Positions 9,959-21,278 of a stretch of DNA of 64,000 bases are shown here, in pieces. The stretch spans positions 1,184,001-1,248,000 of the forward strand of contig OZ244732.1 in assembly GCA_965219345.1 (NCBI GenBank). Direction: 5' to 3'. The DNA is from Nitrosopumilus sp. (GTDB lineage: Archaea; Thermoproteota; Nitrososphaeria; Nitrososphaerales; Nitrosopumilaceae). The stretch's first letter is position 1, and the number at the start of each line of letters is the position of its first letter. The notes below the pieces were generated by a model. It worked only from the letters and a program-made list of their open reading frames with translations, was not told the origin of the DNA and ran no database searches. A program made the translations under genes and the position numbers.

Positions 9959-11998
9959 ATGGAGATTCCAGAAATTCTGCCATTTGTTGCGGGCATTGCA
10001 TCATTTTTAGTCGCTGGCGGCTTGGTTGCATGGATTATGAAACAACCTGCAGGAACAAAAGAGATGATGGATATTTCAAATGCTGTCAAAGAAGGTGCAG
10101 CAGCATTTCTAAAACGAGAAATGATGATTATAGTTCCAGTTGCTATAGCATTATCATTAATTATTGGGGCATTTCTTCAACCATCAAATGGAATCGCATT
10201 TGCCGTTGGTGCAGCACTTTCTGCAGTTGCAGGAATTATTTCATTAAAAATTACAGTAAAAGCAGCAGTTAGAGCTGCAAATTTGAGCAGTAGTGGATTA
10301 GGAAAGACATTTGCTATGGCCTTTAGAGGTGGAGCTACAGTAGGGCTTGCAGTTCCGGCAATGGCATTATTGGCAATCACTGGTCTTTACATGATTTATC
10401 CAGATCCAATCACAATTGCCGGTGTTGGAATTGGTGCTAGTCTAATCGCATTATTCATAAGAATTGGTGGTGGCATCTTCACAAAAGCTGCAGATATGGG
10501 CGCAGACTTGGTAGGAAAAGTTGAAGTAAATATACCTGAAGATGATCCTAGGAATCCTGCCACTATTGCAGATAACGTGGGTGATAACGTTGGAGATGCA
10601 GCAGGAATGGGATCTGATGTTTACGAATCTTATATTGTTACAGTACTTGCAGCATTGTTAATTGCAGCATTAATTGGTGCACCAAACTTTTTCCTCTACC
10701 CAATTTTGATTGGTTCTTCTGGAATGATTGCATCAATTATTGGTGTTGTAATTGTTGGCTCTAAGAATATAACCGATGTAATGAAGCCTCTTAGTCGTTC
10801 ATTTTATGTTTCAGCAGCTATTGCAATTGGATTAAACTATGTATTTATTACACAATTCATCGGTGATTCTCCAACATCATATGCTTTGTTTGGAAGTACA
10901 GTAATTGGCGTGATTTTAGTTCCTGTAATACAAAAGATCACTGACAACTATACAAGTTACAAAAAAGGACCTGTAAAGGAAATTGCAGACTCTGCAAAGT
11001 GGGGATATGCATCATTAACTTTAATGGGAATTATCAAAGGTATGCAGTCAACAGGACCATTTATGATTTCATTGGTAATTGCAATCATTGTATCCTATAG
11101 CATTGCATCTGCTGCAGCACCTGAAGGTGCAGACCCCGTACTTTATGGAATCTTTGGAACAGCTCTGACTGCAATGGCAATGTTAAGTCTTGCCGGAATT
11201 GTCCTAAGTATTGATGCATTTGGCCCAATTGCAGATAATGCCGGTGGAATTGTTGAGATGACCGGAATGGGCGAAGAAAATCGTAAAGTTACAGATGAAA
11301 TTGATGCAGTTGGAAATACAACTAAAGCAGTTACCAAAGGATTTGCTATTGCTAGTGCTGCATTAGCTGCCCTGGCAATGATTCAGGCATTTCAGTTCGA
11401 AGCATCTCATATCTTTGAAGGTGTATTGGAATTAGATTACAGTTTAACAAATCCTGCAATAATTGTTGGATTGTTAATTGGTGGTTTGATCCCATTTATC
11501 ATTACAGGCCAACTCATTAATGGTGTTTCAAGGGCTGCAGGAAAAATGGTGGATGAAGTTAGACGGCAATTCAAAGCCGATTCTGGAATTCTTGAAGGAA
11601 CATCAAAACCAGATTATGCTAAATGTGTAGATATTGCTACTGTTGCTTCAATTAAAGAGCTTTGGAAACCGGCAATTGTCGCAATTCTTGCTCCAATAAT
11701 TTTAGGAATATTGTTGGGTCCGACTGCTGTAGCTGGATTATTAATGGGCGCAGTTATTACCGGAATCTTGTTGGCATATCACTTGGCAAATACTGGCGGT
11801 GCATGGGATAACGCAAAGAAACTAGTAGAGATGAAAGGTGAAAAGGGTTCTGAAATACATAAAGTTGCAGTTGTAGGTGACATTATTGGCGATCCTTACA
11901 AAGACACTGCCGGACCTGCACTTAACACTGTCATTAAATTACTAAACACAATTGCCATTGTCTTTGTATCTGCCTTTGTTGCAATACTTGCTATCTAA
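9959..11998 (+). CDS. hppA: Membrane-integral pyrophosphatase, K+-independent H+-pumping type
   Basis: GGGIFTKAADMGADLVGKVE, DNVGDNVGD, GDPYKDT. GNTTKA carries Lys at the K+-dependence position. Confidence 0.95.
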   Translation: MEIPEILPFVAGIASFLVAGGLVAWIMKQPAGTKEMMDISNAVKEGAAAFLKREMMIIVPVAIALSLIIGAFLQPSNGIAFAVGAALSAVAGIISLKITVKAAVRAANLSSSGLGKTFAMAFRGGATVGLAVPAMALLAITGLYMIYPDPITIAGVGIGASLIALFIRIGGGIFTKAADMGADLVGKVEVNIPEDDPRNPATIADNVGDNVGDAAGMGSDVYESYIVTVLAALLIAALIGAPNFFLYPILIGSSGMIASIIGVVIVGSKNITDVMKPLSRSFYVSAAIAIGLNYVFITQFIGDSPTSYALFGSTVIGVILVPVIQKITDNYTSYKKGPVKEIADSAKWGYASLTLMGIIKGMQSTGPFMISLVIAIIVSYSIASAAAPEGADPVLYGIFGTALTAMAMLSLAGIVLSIDAFGPIADNAGGIVEMTGMGEENRKVTDEIDAVGNTTKAVTKGFAIASAALAALAMIQAFQFEASHIFEGVLELDYSLTNPAIIVGLLIGGLIPFIITGQLINGVSRAAGKMVDEVRRQFKADSGILEGTSKPDYAKCVDIATVASIKELWKPAIVAILAPIILGILLGPTAVAGLLMGAVITGILLAYHLANTGGAWDNAKKLVEMKGEKGSEIHKVAVVGDIIGDPYKDTAGPALNTVIKLLNTIAIVFVSAFVAILAI

Positions 11999-12183
11999 TC
12001 TTTATCTTCAACAATCAATGTCATATCTAATTCATCAATCTGGGCATGTATTGCTTTTTTCAAAGTCTCATTATGTGAATTACAGAATTTGAAATAACCA
12101 TCAGCTGTTTGAAAACACCCGCAAATCCATTTTGTTTTCTTGTCTCCTTCCACTGTCCACTTTGAGTACTTGTGTTCTGACAT
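11995..12183 (-). CDS. Small hypothetical protein (CGC...C.H)
   Basis: 62-aa ORF with typical codon usage, convergent with hppA. Confidence 0.6.
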   Translation of the reverse strand: MSEHKYSKWTVEGDKKTKWICGCFQTADGYFKFCNSHNETLKKAIHAQIDELDMTLIVEDKD

Positions 12184-12242
12184 GCTATCTCTACGTCCAT
12201 TAATCTAAAAAATATAGTCTTTTAGAAAAAGAAAAAAAGTGT

Positions 12243-12500
12243 TTAAGGACAGCCTTCCATTTTTTGGATAAAGTAGCCGTTTTCCTTAATTGCCTGTTCA
12301 ACAGGCTCTGGCGCATTTTGCGAATGGCAGAACTGACATTCGTTTGTTGTCATTTCTGCATTTTCTTCGCCAACTGATTTTAACCACTCTTTGCCATATG
12401 TGAGGGCTTTATCGTGGTCTTTTTCACCAGTAATGACATCAAAGTGCATGGTATGACCATCTGCTGCTTTGACATAGGTATCGTATACGTGAATTTCCAT
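12243..12500 (-). CDS. DUF2024-family protein
   Basis: VYDTYV..DG..MHFDV...CQFCH. Confidence 0.8.
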   Translation of the reverse strand: MEIHVYDTYVKAADGHTMHFDVITGEKDHDKALTYGKEWLKSVGEENAEMTTNECQFCHSQNAPEPVEQAIKENGYFIQKMEGCP

Positions 12501-12555
12501 GATTATTATTAAAAAAAGGGATATTTAATTCAAAACATCTTCTTGAAATCTTGAA

Positions 12556-12948
12556 TTATTTCTCTTCAATTGGAATTTCTATTATATCTGATTCAAGAAA
12601 ATATGCTTTGAAATCCTTGTTAATGCCAGAATAAATTATCCATACCACTGGATTGCTGCGCATGAATTTTTTGTCTGTATTTGATGGGTATGCGTCTGAA
12701 TTAGGATGTGAATGAAAGATGGCTATAACTTCGACCTTTTTTTCTTCTGCAGTCTTATATCCCTCAATTAACTGCTCATTTGAAATTGTGAAACTAACTG
12801 GCGATTCCCGGATATTTTTTGTTAAAAATATCTCTGAGACAAGGTTGTCATTGCCAAATAGCATAGCACATGACTCATTAGGTTTCTCAGTTTCTGCATG
12901 TTCGGTCAGTATTTTTTTGTCTGATTGTGATAAGATAATTTTCTGCAA
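12556..12948 (-). CDS. JAMM/MPN+ (Mov34) metalloprotease
   Basis: PNESC...FHSHP...PS.TD. Confidence 0.9.
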   Translation of the reverse strand: MQKIILSQSDKKILTEHAETEKPNESCAMLFGNDNLVSEIFLTKNIRESPVSFTISNEQLIEGYKTAEEKKVEVIAIFHSHPNSDAYPSNTDKKFMRSNPVVWIIYSGINKDFKAYFLESDIIEIPIEEK

Positions 12949-12950
12949 AT

Positions 12951-14081
12951 CTATTCTACGTTAACTGTTCCAATCATCCATGGATGGAATGTGCAATAGT
13001 AATCTTGACTTCCTGCATCTGTAAACGTAAATTCATACTTGTCTCTTGCTACCATCACTTCTGAATCAAACATTTCACTTGGTCCTCCAGTTGGATCCCC
13101 TGCAGTTACTGTATGTACTGTATTGTCTAGGTTTTCCCAGGCAACTGTAGTGCCAACTGTTACATCAATTATTTGGGGATCATAATGGATTTGTCCTTCT
13201 TCGGGGATTCCTGCTCCTTCTGGAATTGTTACTCTGATTGGCTGTTTTGGTTCTTCAATACTTAATGTTGCAATCATCCAAGGATGTATGATGCACAAAT
13301 ACTCGTATTCTCCTATTTCCAAACTAGCTGTATCTAACGTAAAGATATCTCCTGCATTCATTATGCTAGAATCAAATGTGTCTCCAAAGTCTACTGCACT
13401 AGTAACTGTATGTGCAACTGAGTCTGCATTTGTCCATTCAATTGTATGCCCTTGTGTAACAACTGCAGCATCCGGTTCATAATCCGGATTTCCTTCTTCA
13501 GCTGATCCTTCCAGAACTTGAATTGCAAAGATTGACCCTGTCGACATTGCTTCTTGAATTGCAAAGATTGACCCTGTCGACATTGCTTCTTCAATTGGTT
13601 CTTCAACTTCAACTTGTTGAGGAATCATGTATGCGTCAGGACTCACGAATCCAAATGCAAACCACATGATAATTCCTGTTGCTGCAGCCATTCCAACGAT
13701 GGCACCAACTGGTTTTACTATGGTTGGGTGCTTCATTGCTAGATATGCTATGATGATTGCCGGGAACCCAATGGCCATTAAAATTCCTGCTAACGTAACT
13801 GTAAAGTCTGATGTATTCATGATTGCTAAAGCGTACATTCCAAATGATAATGAAATTCCCAAAACTACCAAAGTAGTTGCCTTTGCCTTATTGCTGGTTG
13901 AAATACCTCCATCTAAGATACCCACTGCTAAGAAAATCAGTCCTACAAACATAGTAAGACCAGATAATGCATGCATACCATCGATGAAAGTATGTGCAAT
14001 GCCCGCATAAGCTAATACGACACCAGCTAAACCTATAGCTGTTAATCCCATCCCTGGCATCATGAGGTCCCAGTTGCTCAT
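12951..14081 (-). CDS. Membrane-anchored blue copper protein with two cupredoxin domains
   Basis: N-terminal TM helices and two HTVT...YxCxxHPWM type-1 copper sites. Confidence 0.9.
   Translation of the reverse strand: MSNWDLMMPGMGLTAIGLAGVVLAYAGIAHTFIDGMHALSGLTMFVGLIFLAVGILDGGISTSNKAKATTLVVLGISLSFGMYALAIMNTSDFTVTLAGILMAIGFPAIIIAYLAMKHPTIVKPVGAIVGMAAATGIIMWFAFGFVSPDAYMIPQQVEVEEPIEEAMSTGSIFAIQEAMSTGSIFAIQVLEGSAEEGNPDYEPDAAVVTQGHTIEWTNADSVAHTVTSAVDFGDTFDSSIMNAGDIFTLDTASLEIGEYEYLCIIHPWMIATLSIEEPKQPIRVTIPEGAGIPEEGQIHYDPQIIDVTVGTTVAWENLDNTVHTVTAGDPTGGPSEMFDSEVMVARDKYEFTFTDAGSQDYYCTFHPWMIGTVNVE
13517..13591. repeat. Exact 36-bp tandem duplication, in frame (EAMSTGSIFAIQ x2)
   Basis: cttgaattgcaaagattgaccctgtcgacattgctt occurs at 13517 and 13553. 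Confidence 0.95.
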
Positions 14082-14174
14082 TCAACGTAGCTGGCAGGGC
14101 TGAGATACTTATTCCTTTTGAAACATTATGGATCACATGGACGAAGAAATTAAATGGCTTTGGAATAGGGTAGA

Positions 14175-15068
14175 GTGAGATTGGGATTTAAAGAAATAAT
14201 GGAGATATCCAAACCCAGGATAGTTGTTCTTCTAGTTATTACTGCAATAACTTCAATGTATGCAGCAAGTAAACTGGTTGATGGTGTCCCGGAACTTGAT
14301 AATTGGTTATATCTACACATAATTATTGCAGGTGCATTGGCATCTGCAGGATCCAGTGCTCTAAATCACTATTATGACAAAGACATTGATCCTAAAATGA
14401 CGAGAACTAGTACAAGACCTATTCCATCTGGACGTATGGCAGCATCTCATGTATTCATTTATGGATTTGTTGTAAGCTGCGTATCTGTAATCTATGGTTA
14501 CTTTACTCTAAACCCTGTATCTGCTTTCTTTATTGCTGTTGGCATATTCTCTTATGTGATTATTTATACAGTTTGGCTAAAACGTCTAAACTCTTCCAAC
14601 ATTGTAATTGGAGGAATTGCTGGCAGTGCTGCAGCTTGGGCTGGATGGTCTGCAGCTACTGGCAGTATGGATTTGTTAGGATTCTTAGTTGGATTCTTGG
14701 TCTTTGTTTGGACTCCTTCTCACTTTTGGTGTCTTGCAATGAAGATTAAAGATGAGTATGCACAAGCTGAGATACCTATGTTACCTGTTGTAATTGGTAT
14801 GCAAAAAACATCAAAGTACATTTTAGGAAACACGATAATTTTAATTCCTTATTCTTTGACACTTTCATTTATTCCCAATGGTTTGGGAATTGTTTACACT
14901 GTAATTGCGCTGGTCTCTGGTGGACTGATGCTTGCATATCACTACAAGCTAACAAAGAATCCTACATCTGAATTTGCTTGGAAAGCATACAAAGTTACTG
15001 CTCCATATCTTACAATAATTTTTGTAGCAGTAGCATTGGATGCTGCATTTCATTTCCCTCTGTTCTGA
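14175..15068 (+). CDS. cyoE: Protoheme IX farnesyltransferase (heme O synthase)
   Basis: KPRIV, NHYYDKDID.KM.RT..RPIPSG, YT.WLKR, WTPSHFW. Confidence 0.93.
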   Translation: MRLGFKEIMEISKPRIVVLLVITAITSMYAASKLVDGVPELDNWLYLHIIIAGALASAGSSALNHYYDKDIDPKMTRTSTRPIPSGRMAASHVFIYGFVVSCVSVIYGYFTLNPVSAFFIAVGIFSYVIIYTVWLKRLNSSNIVIGGIAGSAAAWAGWSAATGSMDLLGFLVGFLVFVWTPSHFWCLAMKIKDEYAQAEIPMLPVVIGMQKTSKYILGNTIILIPYSLTLSFIPNGLGIVYTVIALVSGGLMLAYHYKLTKNPTSEFAWKAYKVTAPYLTIIFVAVALDAAFHFPLF

Positions 15069-15072
15069 GGCA

Positions 15073-15369
15073 TTATTTTTCAAAACCTGGGAAACTTGCT
15101 TCATAATCTTTTTCTACCATTTCCTTATTTTGCTCTTCAATTTTGTCTTCCTCTTTTTCAACTACAACTATTTCTATTCTACGCTCATCTTTTGTAATCC
15201 ATATTACTGTGATGAGGCCAAGAACCTCTAAATCTAAAAGTATTTTGTTGAATTTGTCTTCAGGAAGAGTATATCCTTCTTTTACTAAGATTTTAAAAAG
15301 CTTAACATCCGTTAAGGAATTTGCCTCCTTGATCTTGTCATATACTGTATTTCGTATTGGAATTGTCAT
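15073..15369 (-). CDS. Conserved hypothetical protein (winged-helix-like)
   Basis: 98-aa ORF coupled downstream of cdc48. Confidence 0.7.
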   Translation of the reverse strand: MTIPIRNTVYDKIKEANSLTDVKLFKILVKEGYTLPEDKFNKILLDLEVLGLITVIWITKDERRIEIVVVEKEEDKIEEQNKEMVEKDYEASFPGFEK

Positions 15370-15371
15370 TT

Positions 15372-17540
15372 TTATCCGTAGAATGTTTTATCCCCTGTCT
15401 TAGGTACAACGTTAGATATACTTTCTCTTATAGTGTTGTACCATTGATCAACTTCCTTAGTTATAGATGGTTTGACCTGCTTCAAACTACTTGCAAAATC
15501 TTGACTTGAAATTTTTGACGAATTGTTTTTCATTGCTTGAACTGCTGCTTCTCTACAAAGTGCTGCTAAATCTGCACCAGTATAGTTTTGTGTGGCTACT
15601 GCAATCTCTTGTAATTTTACGTCATTTACTAGTGGCATCTTTTTTGTTAAAATCTTAATAATTTCTAATCGTCCTTTTTCATCTGGAGGCTCTACATATA
15701 GAACTAAATCTAGTCTTCCCGTTCTTAGCAAGGAATTATCCAAAACATCTGGTCTGTTTGTAATTCCAATTACCACAACTCGTGAAGAAATACCTTCTTC
15801 AATCTCTGTTAGCAATTGACTTAGAACATTTTCACTTGCTCCTCCTTCTCCTGACTTGTAACGTGCCAGTGAATCAAGTTCGTCAAAAATTACTACACAT
15901 GGCGCTGCTGCTTTTGCTTTTCTGAATATTTCTCTAACAGCTTTTTCAGATTCTCCAATCCATTTTGAAAGGATCTCAGGACCTCTAACTAGAATCATAT
16001 TTGCACCAGTTTCAGTTGCAAGCGCTCGTCCAAGCAATGTCTTCCCACATCCTGGAGGACCATAAATCAAAGCTCCTCTTGGCGGTCTAACTCCCATCTT
16101 TGTAAACTTGATTGGCTCCTTCATTGCTACAATAAGATTGTCTGTTAATGATTTTTTTATATAATCTAACCCTCCAACGTCTTTCCACCAGACTTTAGGT
16201 CTTTCGACATAAAATTCCCTCATTGCCGTGGGAACTACCTCGTGCATTGCATCGTAAAAGTCAATTAACTTGATCTGCATTGATTGCAACACTTCAGAAG
16301 GAATCTTTTCTGTTTCAAGATCTATTTCCGGCAGGTATCTCCTAATTGACTTCATTGCAGCTTCCCTACAAAGTGATTTGATGTCCGCACCTGTGTATCC
16401 GTGTAGTTCTGATGCCAAGTCTTTCAGATCTACATCATCACTTACCGGCATTCCTCTTGTGTGAATTAAAAGAATCTCTAACCGTCCGTCTTCGTTTGGT
16501 ACAGATATTTCAAATTCTCTATCAAATCTACCTGGTCTTCTAAGTGCTGGATCAACACTTTCTGGTCTATTTGTAGCGCCAAGTACAATTACATTTCCTC
16601 GGTCGGTAAGACCATCCATTAGTGCTAACAATTGAGCAACAACTCTTTTTTCAACGTCACCATAAGCCTCTTCTCTTTTTGGAGCAACTGCATCAATCTC
16701 ATCAATAAAGATTATGCTTGGAGAGTTATCTTTCGCTTCTTTGAAAATTTCCCTAATTTTCGCTTCGGTTTCACCATAATATTTGTTCATTATCTCTGGA
16801 CCATTTATTAAAAACATGTTAGCTTCTGATTCACTGGCAAGAACTTTTGCAAGCAATGTCTTTCCACATCCTGGAGGTCCGTAAAGTAAAATTCCACTAT
16901 GTGGCTCAATCCCTAGTCTTGTAAATAACTCGGGATGTCTTAATGGAAGCTCTACAATCTCTCTCATTGCTTTAACTTCCTGCCTAAGTCCTCCAACCTC
17001 CTCATATGTCACTCGAACTTTTCTATCAACTGCAGTTTCTGTTGAAATTTTAAGATTTGTAGTTCGATCTATCTTTACTACTCCTTTTGGAGAGGCCTTT
17101 GTAATTTTAAAGTCCATAGAATTTCCTAATATCATTACAGAAATTTCATCACCATGAGTAATTGGCAATCCTTTCAATCTGTTTTTAACAAAATCTGTAA
17201 ATTCTTTATCTACTGTAACGGAATCATTTACAGGTGTTAAAGAAATTGTTTTTGCAATCTTTGATACCCCTTTTCTAATTTTTACAATATCATTTAGTGA
17301 TGCTCCGACATTTTTTCTTGTCTGTCCATCAACTCGTATGATATCTGGAAACTTTTCATCTTCATCAACTGGCCAAACAACTGCACAACTGGATCTTGAA
17401 CCCATCACTTCAATTATGTCGCCAGGAGTAACTTTGAGAAAATCCATGGCTTCAGGTCCAATTCTAGCTCGTTTTTTACCAACATCCCTTTGCTTTGCTT
17501 CTCCAATCCGCATTTGCAAAGGCTCTTCTTTGCGTACCAA
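15372..17540 (-). CDS. cdc48: CDC48/VCP family AAA+ ATPase
   Basis: Two AAA modules (GPPGCGKT x2, [18 protein letters not shown]) plus N-domain. Confidence 0.96.
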   Translation of the reverse strand: MVRKEEPLQMRIGEAKQRDVGKKRARIGPEAMDFLKVTPGDIIEVMGSRSSCAVVWPVDEDEKFPDIIRVDGQTRKNVGASLNDIVKIRKGVSKIAKTISLTPVNDSVTVDKEFTDFVKNRLKGLPITHGDEISVMILGNSMDFKITKASPKGVVKIDRTTNLKISTETAVDRKVRVTYEEVGGLRQEVKAMREIVELPLRHPELFTRLGIEPHSGILLYGPPGCGKTLLAKVLASESEANMFLINGPEIMNKYYGETEAKIREIFKEAKDNSPSIIFIDEIDAVAPKREEAYGDVEKRVVAQLLALMDGLTDRGNVIVLGATNRPESVDPALRRPGRFDREFEISVPNEDGRLEILLIHTRGMPVSDDVDLKDLASELHGYTGADIKSLCREAAMKSIRRYLPEIDLETEKIPSEVLQSMQIKLIDFYDAMHEVVPTAMREFYVERPKVWWKDVGGLDYIKKSLTDNLIVAMKEPIKFTKMGVRPPRGALIYGPPGCGKTLLGRALATETGANMILVRGPEILSKWIGESEKAVREIFRKAKAAAPCVVIFDELDSLARYKSGEGGASENVLSQLLTEIEEGISSRVVVIGITNRPDVLDNSLLRTGRLDLVLYVEPPDEKGRLEIIKILTKKMPLVNDVKLQEIAVATQNYTGADLAALCREAAVQAMKNNSSKISSQDFASSLKQVKPSITKEVDQWYNTIRESISNVVPKTGDKTFYG

Positions 17541-17548
17541 AAAATCAC

Positions 17549-17830
17549 CTATTTCATGTCAACTGACATTCTACTCATATTGAGGACTTCTAATTCACTA
17601 ACGCCCTCAGTTGATTTAACAGAATTTTCTAATGAGTCCATTTGTCCTTCCTTATCATCTAAGATGAATTCTGCTTTTAGAAATTCTAATCCAAACGCCA
17701 ATGGTTCTTTGACATGTCTTTTCATCGTTATTCCTTCTTTTAGTGATAACTTGATAAATTCTGCTAGTTTATCCAGATCCACCTCAGTGTCTTTAGGAAG
17801 AATTTTTGTAATTAACAGTAATTGAGCCAT
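17549..17830 (-). CDS. ef1b: Translation elongation factor 1-beta
   Basis: [21 protein letters not shown]. Confidence 0.88.
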   Translation of the reverse strand: MAQLLLITKILPKDTEVDLDKLAEFIKLSLKEGITMKRHVKEPLAFGLEFLKAEFILDDKEGQMDSLENSVKSTEGVSELEVLNMSRMSVDMK

Positions 17831-17834
17831 TTTT

Positions 17835-18014
17835 TCAAGGTCCCTGAAAATTACATGAAGAACAAGTGTAGTTTCTTGCTGCTTCTCTGCAACTTTGACA
17901 TCTCCAAATTAAATCAGCACCACAATCAGGACAATTGAATTTTACACATTTATCATTAGGCATAACATGTCTGTGACAGCAGCTACATGTAGGTAATGAA
18001 ATAGTAGATGACAT
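17835..18014 (-). CDS. Zn-ribbon RNA-binding protein (DUF1610-like)
   Basis: CSCC...FNCPDCG...WRCQSCR...YTC..C.F.GP; conserved position upstream of EF-1beta. Confidence 0.85.
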   Translation of the reverse strand: MSSTISLPTCSCCHRHVMPNDKCVKFNCPDCGADLIWRCQSCREAARNYTCSSCNFQGP

Positions 18015-18067
18015 ACCCCGATTTTCTGTCAACATCATTTATACCTTCCTTAGAATTTGAGCACATT

Positions 18068-19204
18068 TTAGCTCACCAATTTTTTCAACTCTCCGCCAAT
18101 TAGAGTTTGTGCAGTTTTAATCGAACCTTTCATTCCTAGTAATCTTATGATGGAACTAGTATGAAAATCAAAATCATCTTTCTCTGAAATTTCTTTTATA
18201 ATCTCTGGTGTAATTGACTCAAATAGTTTATTGATTGTTTCATTGTCTACTCTCTCCAAAATCTTTCTTGCAAGTATCTGTTTTGTAAACTCTTTACCAA
18301 ATCTTTTTGTCCATTTTTTTTGATATTGTTCAAGATCTGACATGTTATTTGTTTTCAAAAACTCGGATATTGCCTGTCCTGCATAAACACCTCCCATTCC
18401 GCTGGTGAAAATTCCTCCTGCAGTAGTTGGTTTTGCCTGTCCTGCAGCATCTCCAATAGTTACTGTCTTTCCTTCTACAAAGTTTGCAATAGGACCTTTT
18501 ATCCAGATTGGAGCAAAAATTTTTCTAATTGTTGAATAATTTCCTTTTTCTTCAAGAATTTTATCTAGTGTTTCAGCTACGTTGATTCCTCTCCCGGCAA
18601 CTCCTACCTTGCCTTTGCCTTCATTAGATGGAATGACCCATGCAAAGAATCCTGGATATTTTTCTTGATCAAAAATTACTTCTACTTTTCCTTTCTTGAT
18701 CCAATCTGCATAAATTTCGTATTGCGCTGATAATAAAATTCCAGTTCTGTCTTTGTTTACAAGTGAGGAAACTCCTCTTGCATCAACAAAAATCTTACAA
18801 CCAATTATCTCTTCATTTGTTCTAATCCCTGTATCTGTAATCTCTTGAAAGCTTGTTCTGACTTTGATCACTGCGCCATTTTTCTGAGCTTGAAAAGCTA
18901 TCTGCTTATCTAACTCTCTTCGACTAATTTCAACTACTTTTTGTTTCTCCGAGTTAATTGTAAAACTATTCCCATTCGGTGCCGTGATTTCAGCAGATTC
19001 TATCATATGATCAAAAGTTTTTCTAAATGGGATTACTCCTAGTTCTTCTAATCCTGTCATGCTAACTAATCCCCCACAATGTTCGGGGGTTCCTATCTCA
19101 TAATCTTCTTCAATTACAAGTACTGAAAATCCCTCTGAAGCAATTTCTCTTGCACATAATAATCCTGCAACACTCCCTCCGGCAACTACTACGTCAAAGT
19201 TCAT
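18068..19204 (-). CDS. Geranylgeranyl reductase-family FAD oxidoreductase
   Basis: DVVVAGG..AG, CGG, FAWVIP, GDAAGQ.KP.T.GGI. Confidence 0.85.
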   Translation of the reverse strand: MNFDVVVAGGSVAGLLCAREIASEGFSVLVIEEDYEIGTPEHCGGLVSMTGLEELGVIPFRKTFDHMIESAEITAPNGNSFTINSEKQKVVEISRRELDKQIAFQAQKNGAVIKVRTSFQEITDTGIRTNEEIIGCKIFVDARGVSSLVNKDRTGILLSAQYEIYADWIKKGKVEVIFDQEKYPGFFAWVIPSNEGKGKVGVAGRGINVAETLDKILEEKGNYSTIRKIFAPIWIKGPIANFVEGKTVTIGDAAGQAKPTTAGGIFTSGMGGVYAGQAISEFLKTNNMSDLEQYQKKWTKRFGKEFTKQILARKILERVDNETINKLFESITPEIIKEISEKDDFDFHTSSIIRLLGMKGSIKTAQTLIGGELKKLVS

Positions 19205-19270
19205 AGATTTTGTTTCTTTGTCAATTATTTAACTCAAAAGTTTTTCATTGGGCCTGTGTTTCATTACAGT

Positions 19271-19624
19271 ATGGGAAACATCAAACAAGTAATTGTTGTT
19301 AGAACTGATCTAGACATGGGAAAAGGAAAAATAGCAGCCCAAGTGGGTCATGCCTGCGTTCTTGGATCCGAACATGTGAGAAAATCCCATCCTGAATGGT
19401 ACACTGAATGGTCGAATGGACAAGAGAAGGTCGTCCTTAAGGTTTCTAGTATCAAAGATTTACAGGAAGTAAAAAGGCACGCAATTGATCTGAATCTTCC
19501 ATGGTCTGAAGTCACCGATGCCGGACATACACAGATAGCTCCTGGAACAACAACATGCATCTCAATTGGCCCAGCTCCTGAAAACCTGATTGATAAAATA
19601 ACTGGCGATCTAAAATTACTATAA
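19271..19624 (+). CDS. pth2: Peptidyl-tRNA hydrolase Pth2
   Basis: KQVIVVRTDL.MGKGKIAAQ, DAGHTQ, GPAP. Confidence 0.95.
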   Translation: MGNIKQVIVVRTDLDMGKGKIAAQVGHACVLGSEHVRKSHPEWYTEWSNGQEKVVLKVSSIKDLQEVKRHAIDLNLPWSEVTDAGHTQIAPGTTTCISIGPAPENLIDKITGDLKLL

Positions 19625-19676
19625 TTTGTACACTTGTTGGGAATAAGATATAACACGGCTAGATATTTTTTGAGAT

Positions 19677-21278
19677 ATGAAGAAGAAAGGACTCGTAGTG
19701 GTATTCTTTTTTGGTGGAATCATGGTAACGTCAGGGTTTGGACTGCAAAGCATGATGGGACCTCCTCCTGAAGACAGTCTGGAGTTCACAGTCACTGGAA
19801 CTCCAGCTGATAATTTTCCTGATGAACAACGTGCTCAATTTTGTGGTTCTGGTGATCCCAAATTTACTGACTATGTTCAAGAATTCTCAATTCCAACACC
19901 ATGCACAAATCCATTGGCAGTTGTAACAGATTATGATGGAAATGTTTGGTTCGCTCAAACAAATACTGGTAAACTAGCAAAATTTGATCCATCTACTGAA
20001 AGATTTACAGAGTATGACAATCCTTCATGGCCGCCAGGAGAACGTTCTATGATGTGGGGAATTGATTATGCGCCAGATGGTTCTGTATGGTTTACTGATG
20101 AAAGAACTGATTCAGTATGGAGGTTTTCAACTATTGATGAGAAGTATGAACGAATAGCATATCCTTCTGAAGGAAACTCTTTACCACAAAAACTCAAAAT
20201 TGATGGCTCTCAGATTATTATCAATGATTTTACTGGAAATAAACTCACATTATTAGATCCCAATCCCTCTAGCGGTGAAATAAACTATCTTAGCATTCCA
20301 TCCCCTGTTGATAATTCTGTAACTGCAGATTTTGCAGTTGACCCAAATGACAATATCTGGTTTACAAATTGGTTATTCCAACAAGGTGGGGTTTTAGTAA
20401 AATTTAATCAAAATGGATATCGTGATTTATCTACAAATTCTGGTGAACAATTTCTTCCTTTACAAGATTTTGTTGAAGTCTATCAATTGCCGCCAGAACT
20501 ACTTACTCCAAACGGTGCTGTGGTAGATGATGATGGAACTATTTGGTTAACAGATACTACGTCATCTTCCTTCTTCAATTTTGATCCTTTCACTGAACAA
20601 TTCACTCAATATGTTACATCTGAACCCCAACTTAGTACATATGGAAATCAAACAGGAGTTGTAACGTCCCCCATTTCTAGACCTTATTGGATTGAAACTG
20701 ATGGACTAGGACGCATTGTTTTCAATGAACAAACTGCAAACAACATTTCTGTAATGGATCCAAAATCCCAATCTCTTGTGGAATATCACGTTCCTTCTAA
20801 GAACCCTTACTGGGGTGATTGTAATCCTGGAACTGGTATAATGTCAGCTAATTGCGGTATAGCTCAAATCTTTGACTTTGCAATTTATGGTGAAAAAATT
20901 TGGTTTACTGAATGGGTAGAAAATAATATTGGAGTAGTTGATACCTCCGTTCCATTACCAATTGAAATTCAACTAGAATCTGATTCCTTAACTCTTACGC
21001 CTGGAGATTCACAACACCTAGACTTTGTTGTATCTCCTACGTTACAAAAAGATCTGTTTGATGTTTCATTGATTCTAATCACAACTCATGATTTTCTAAA
21101 TATTGATCTTACTAGTGGCACTCCTGAAATATTCCAATTAGATTTTGATGGATCAAGACACATTCTCACAACTATCTCAGCCTCAGAAGATGCTATACCT
21201 GGCACATACAAAGTTCTACTGGGAGCACAATCTCCTGATATTGCAATTAGCAAATTTGTTACAGTGACAATAGAGTGA
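19677..21278 (+). CDS. Secreted Vgb-lyase-like beta-propeller protein
   Basis: Signal peptide; repeated DG.VWF(T)/PxG motifs. Confidence 0.75.
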   Translation: MKKKGLVVVFFFGGIMVTSGFGLQSMMGPPPEDSLEFTVTGTPADNFPDEQRAQFCGSGDPKFTDYVQEFSIPTPCTNPLAVVTDYDGNVWFAQTNTGKLAKFDPSTERFTEYDNPSWPPGERSMMWGIDYAPDGSVWFTDERTDSVWRFSTIDEKYERIAYPSEGNSLPQKLKIDGSQIIINDFTGNKLTLLDPNPSSGEINYLSIPSPVDNSVTADFAVDPNDNIWFTNWLFQQGGVLVKFNQNGYRDLSTNSGEQFLPLQDFVEVYQLPPELLTPNGAVVDDDGTIWLTDTTSSSFFNFDPFTEQFTQYVTSEPQLSTYGNQTGVVTSPISRPYWIETDGLGRIVFNEQTANNISVMDPKSQSLVEYHVPSKNPYWGDCNPGTGIMSANCGIAQIFDFAIYGEKIWFTEWVENNIGVVDTSVPLPIEIQLESDSLTLTPGDSQHLDFVVSPTLQKDLFDVSLILITTHDFLNIDLTSGTPEIFQLDFDGSRHILTTISASEDAIPGTYKVLLGAQSPDIAISKFVTVTIE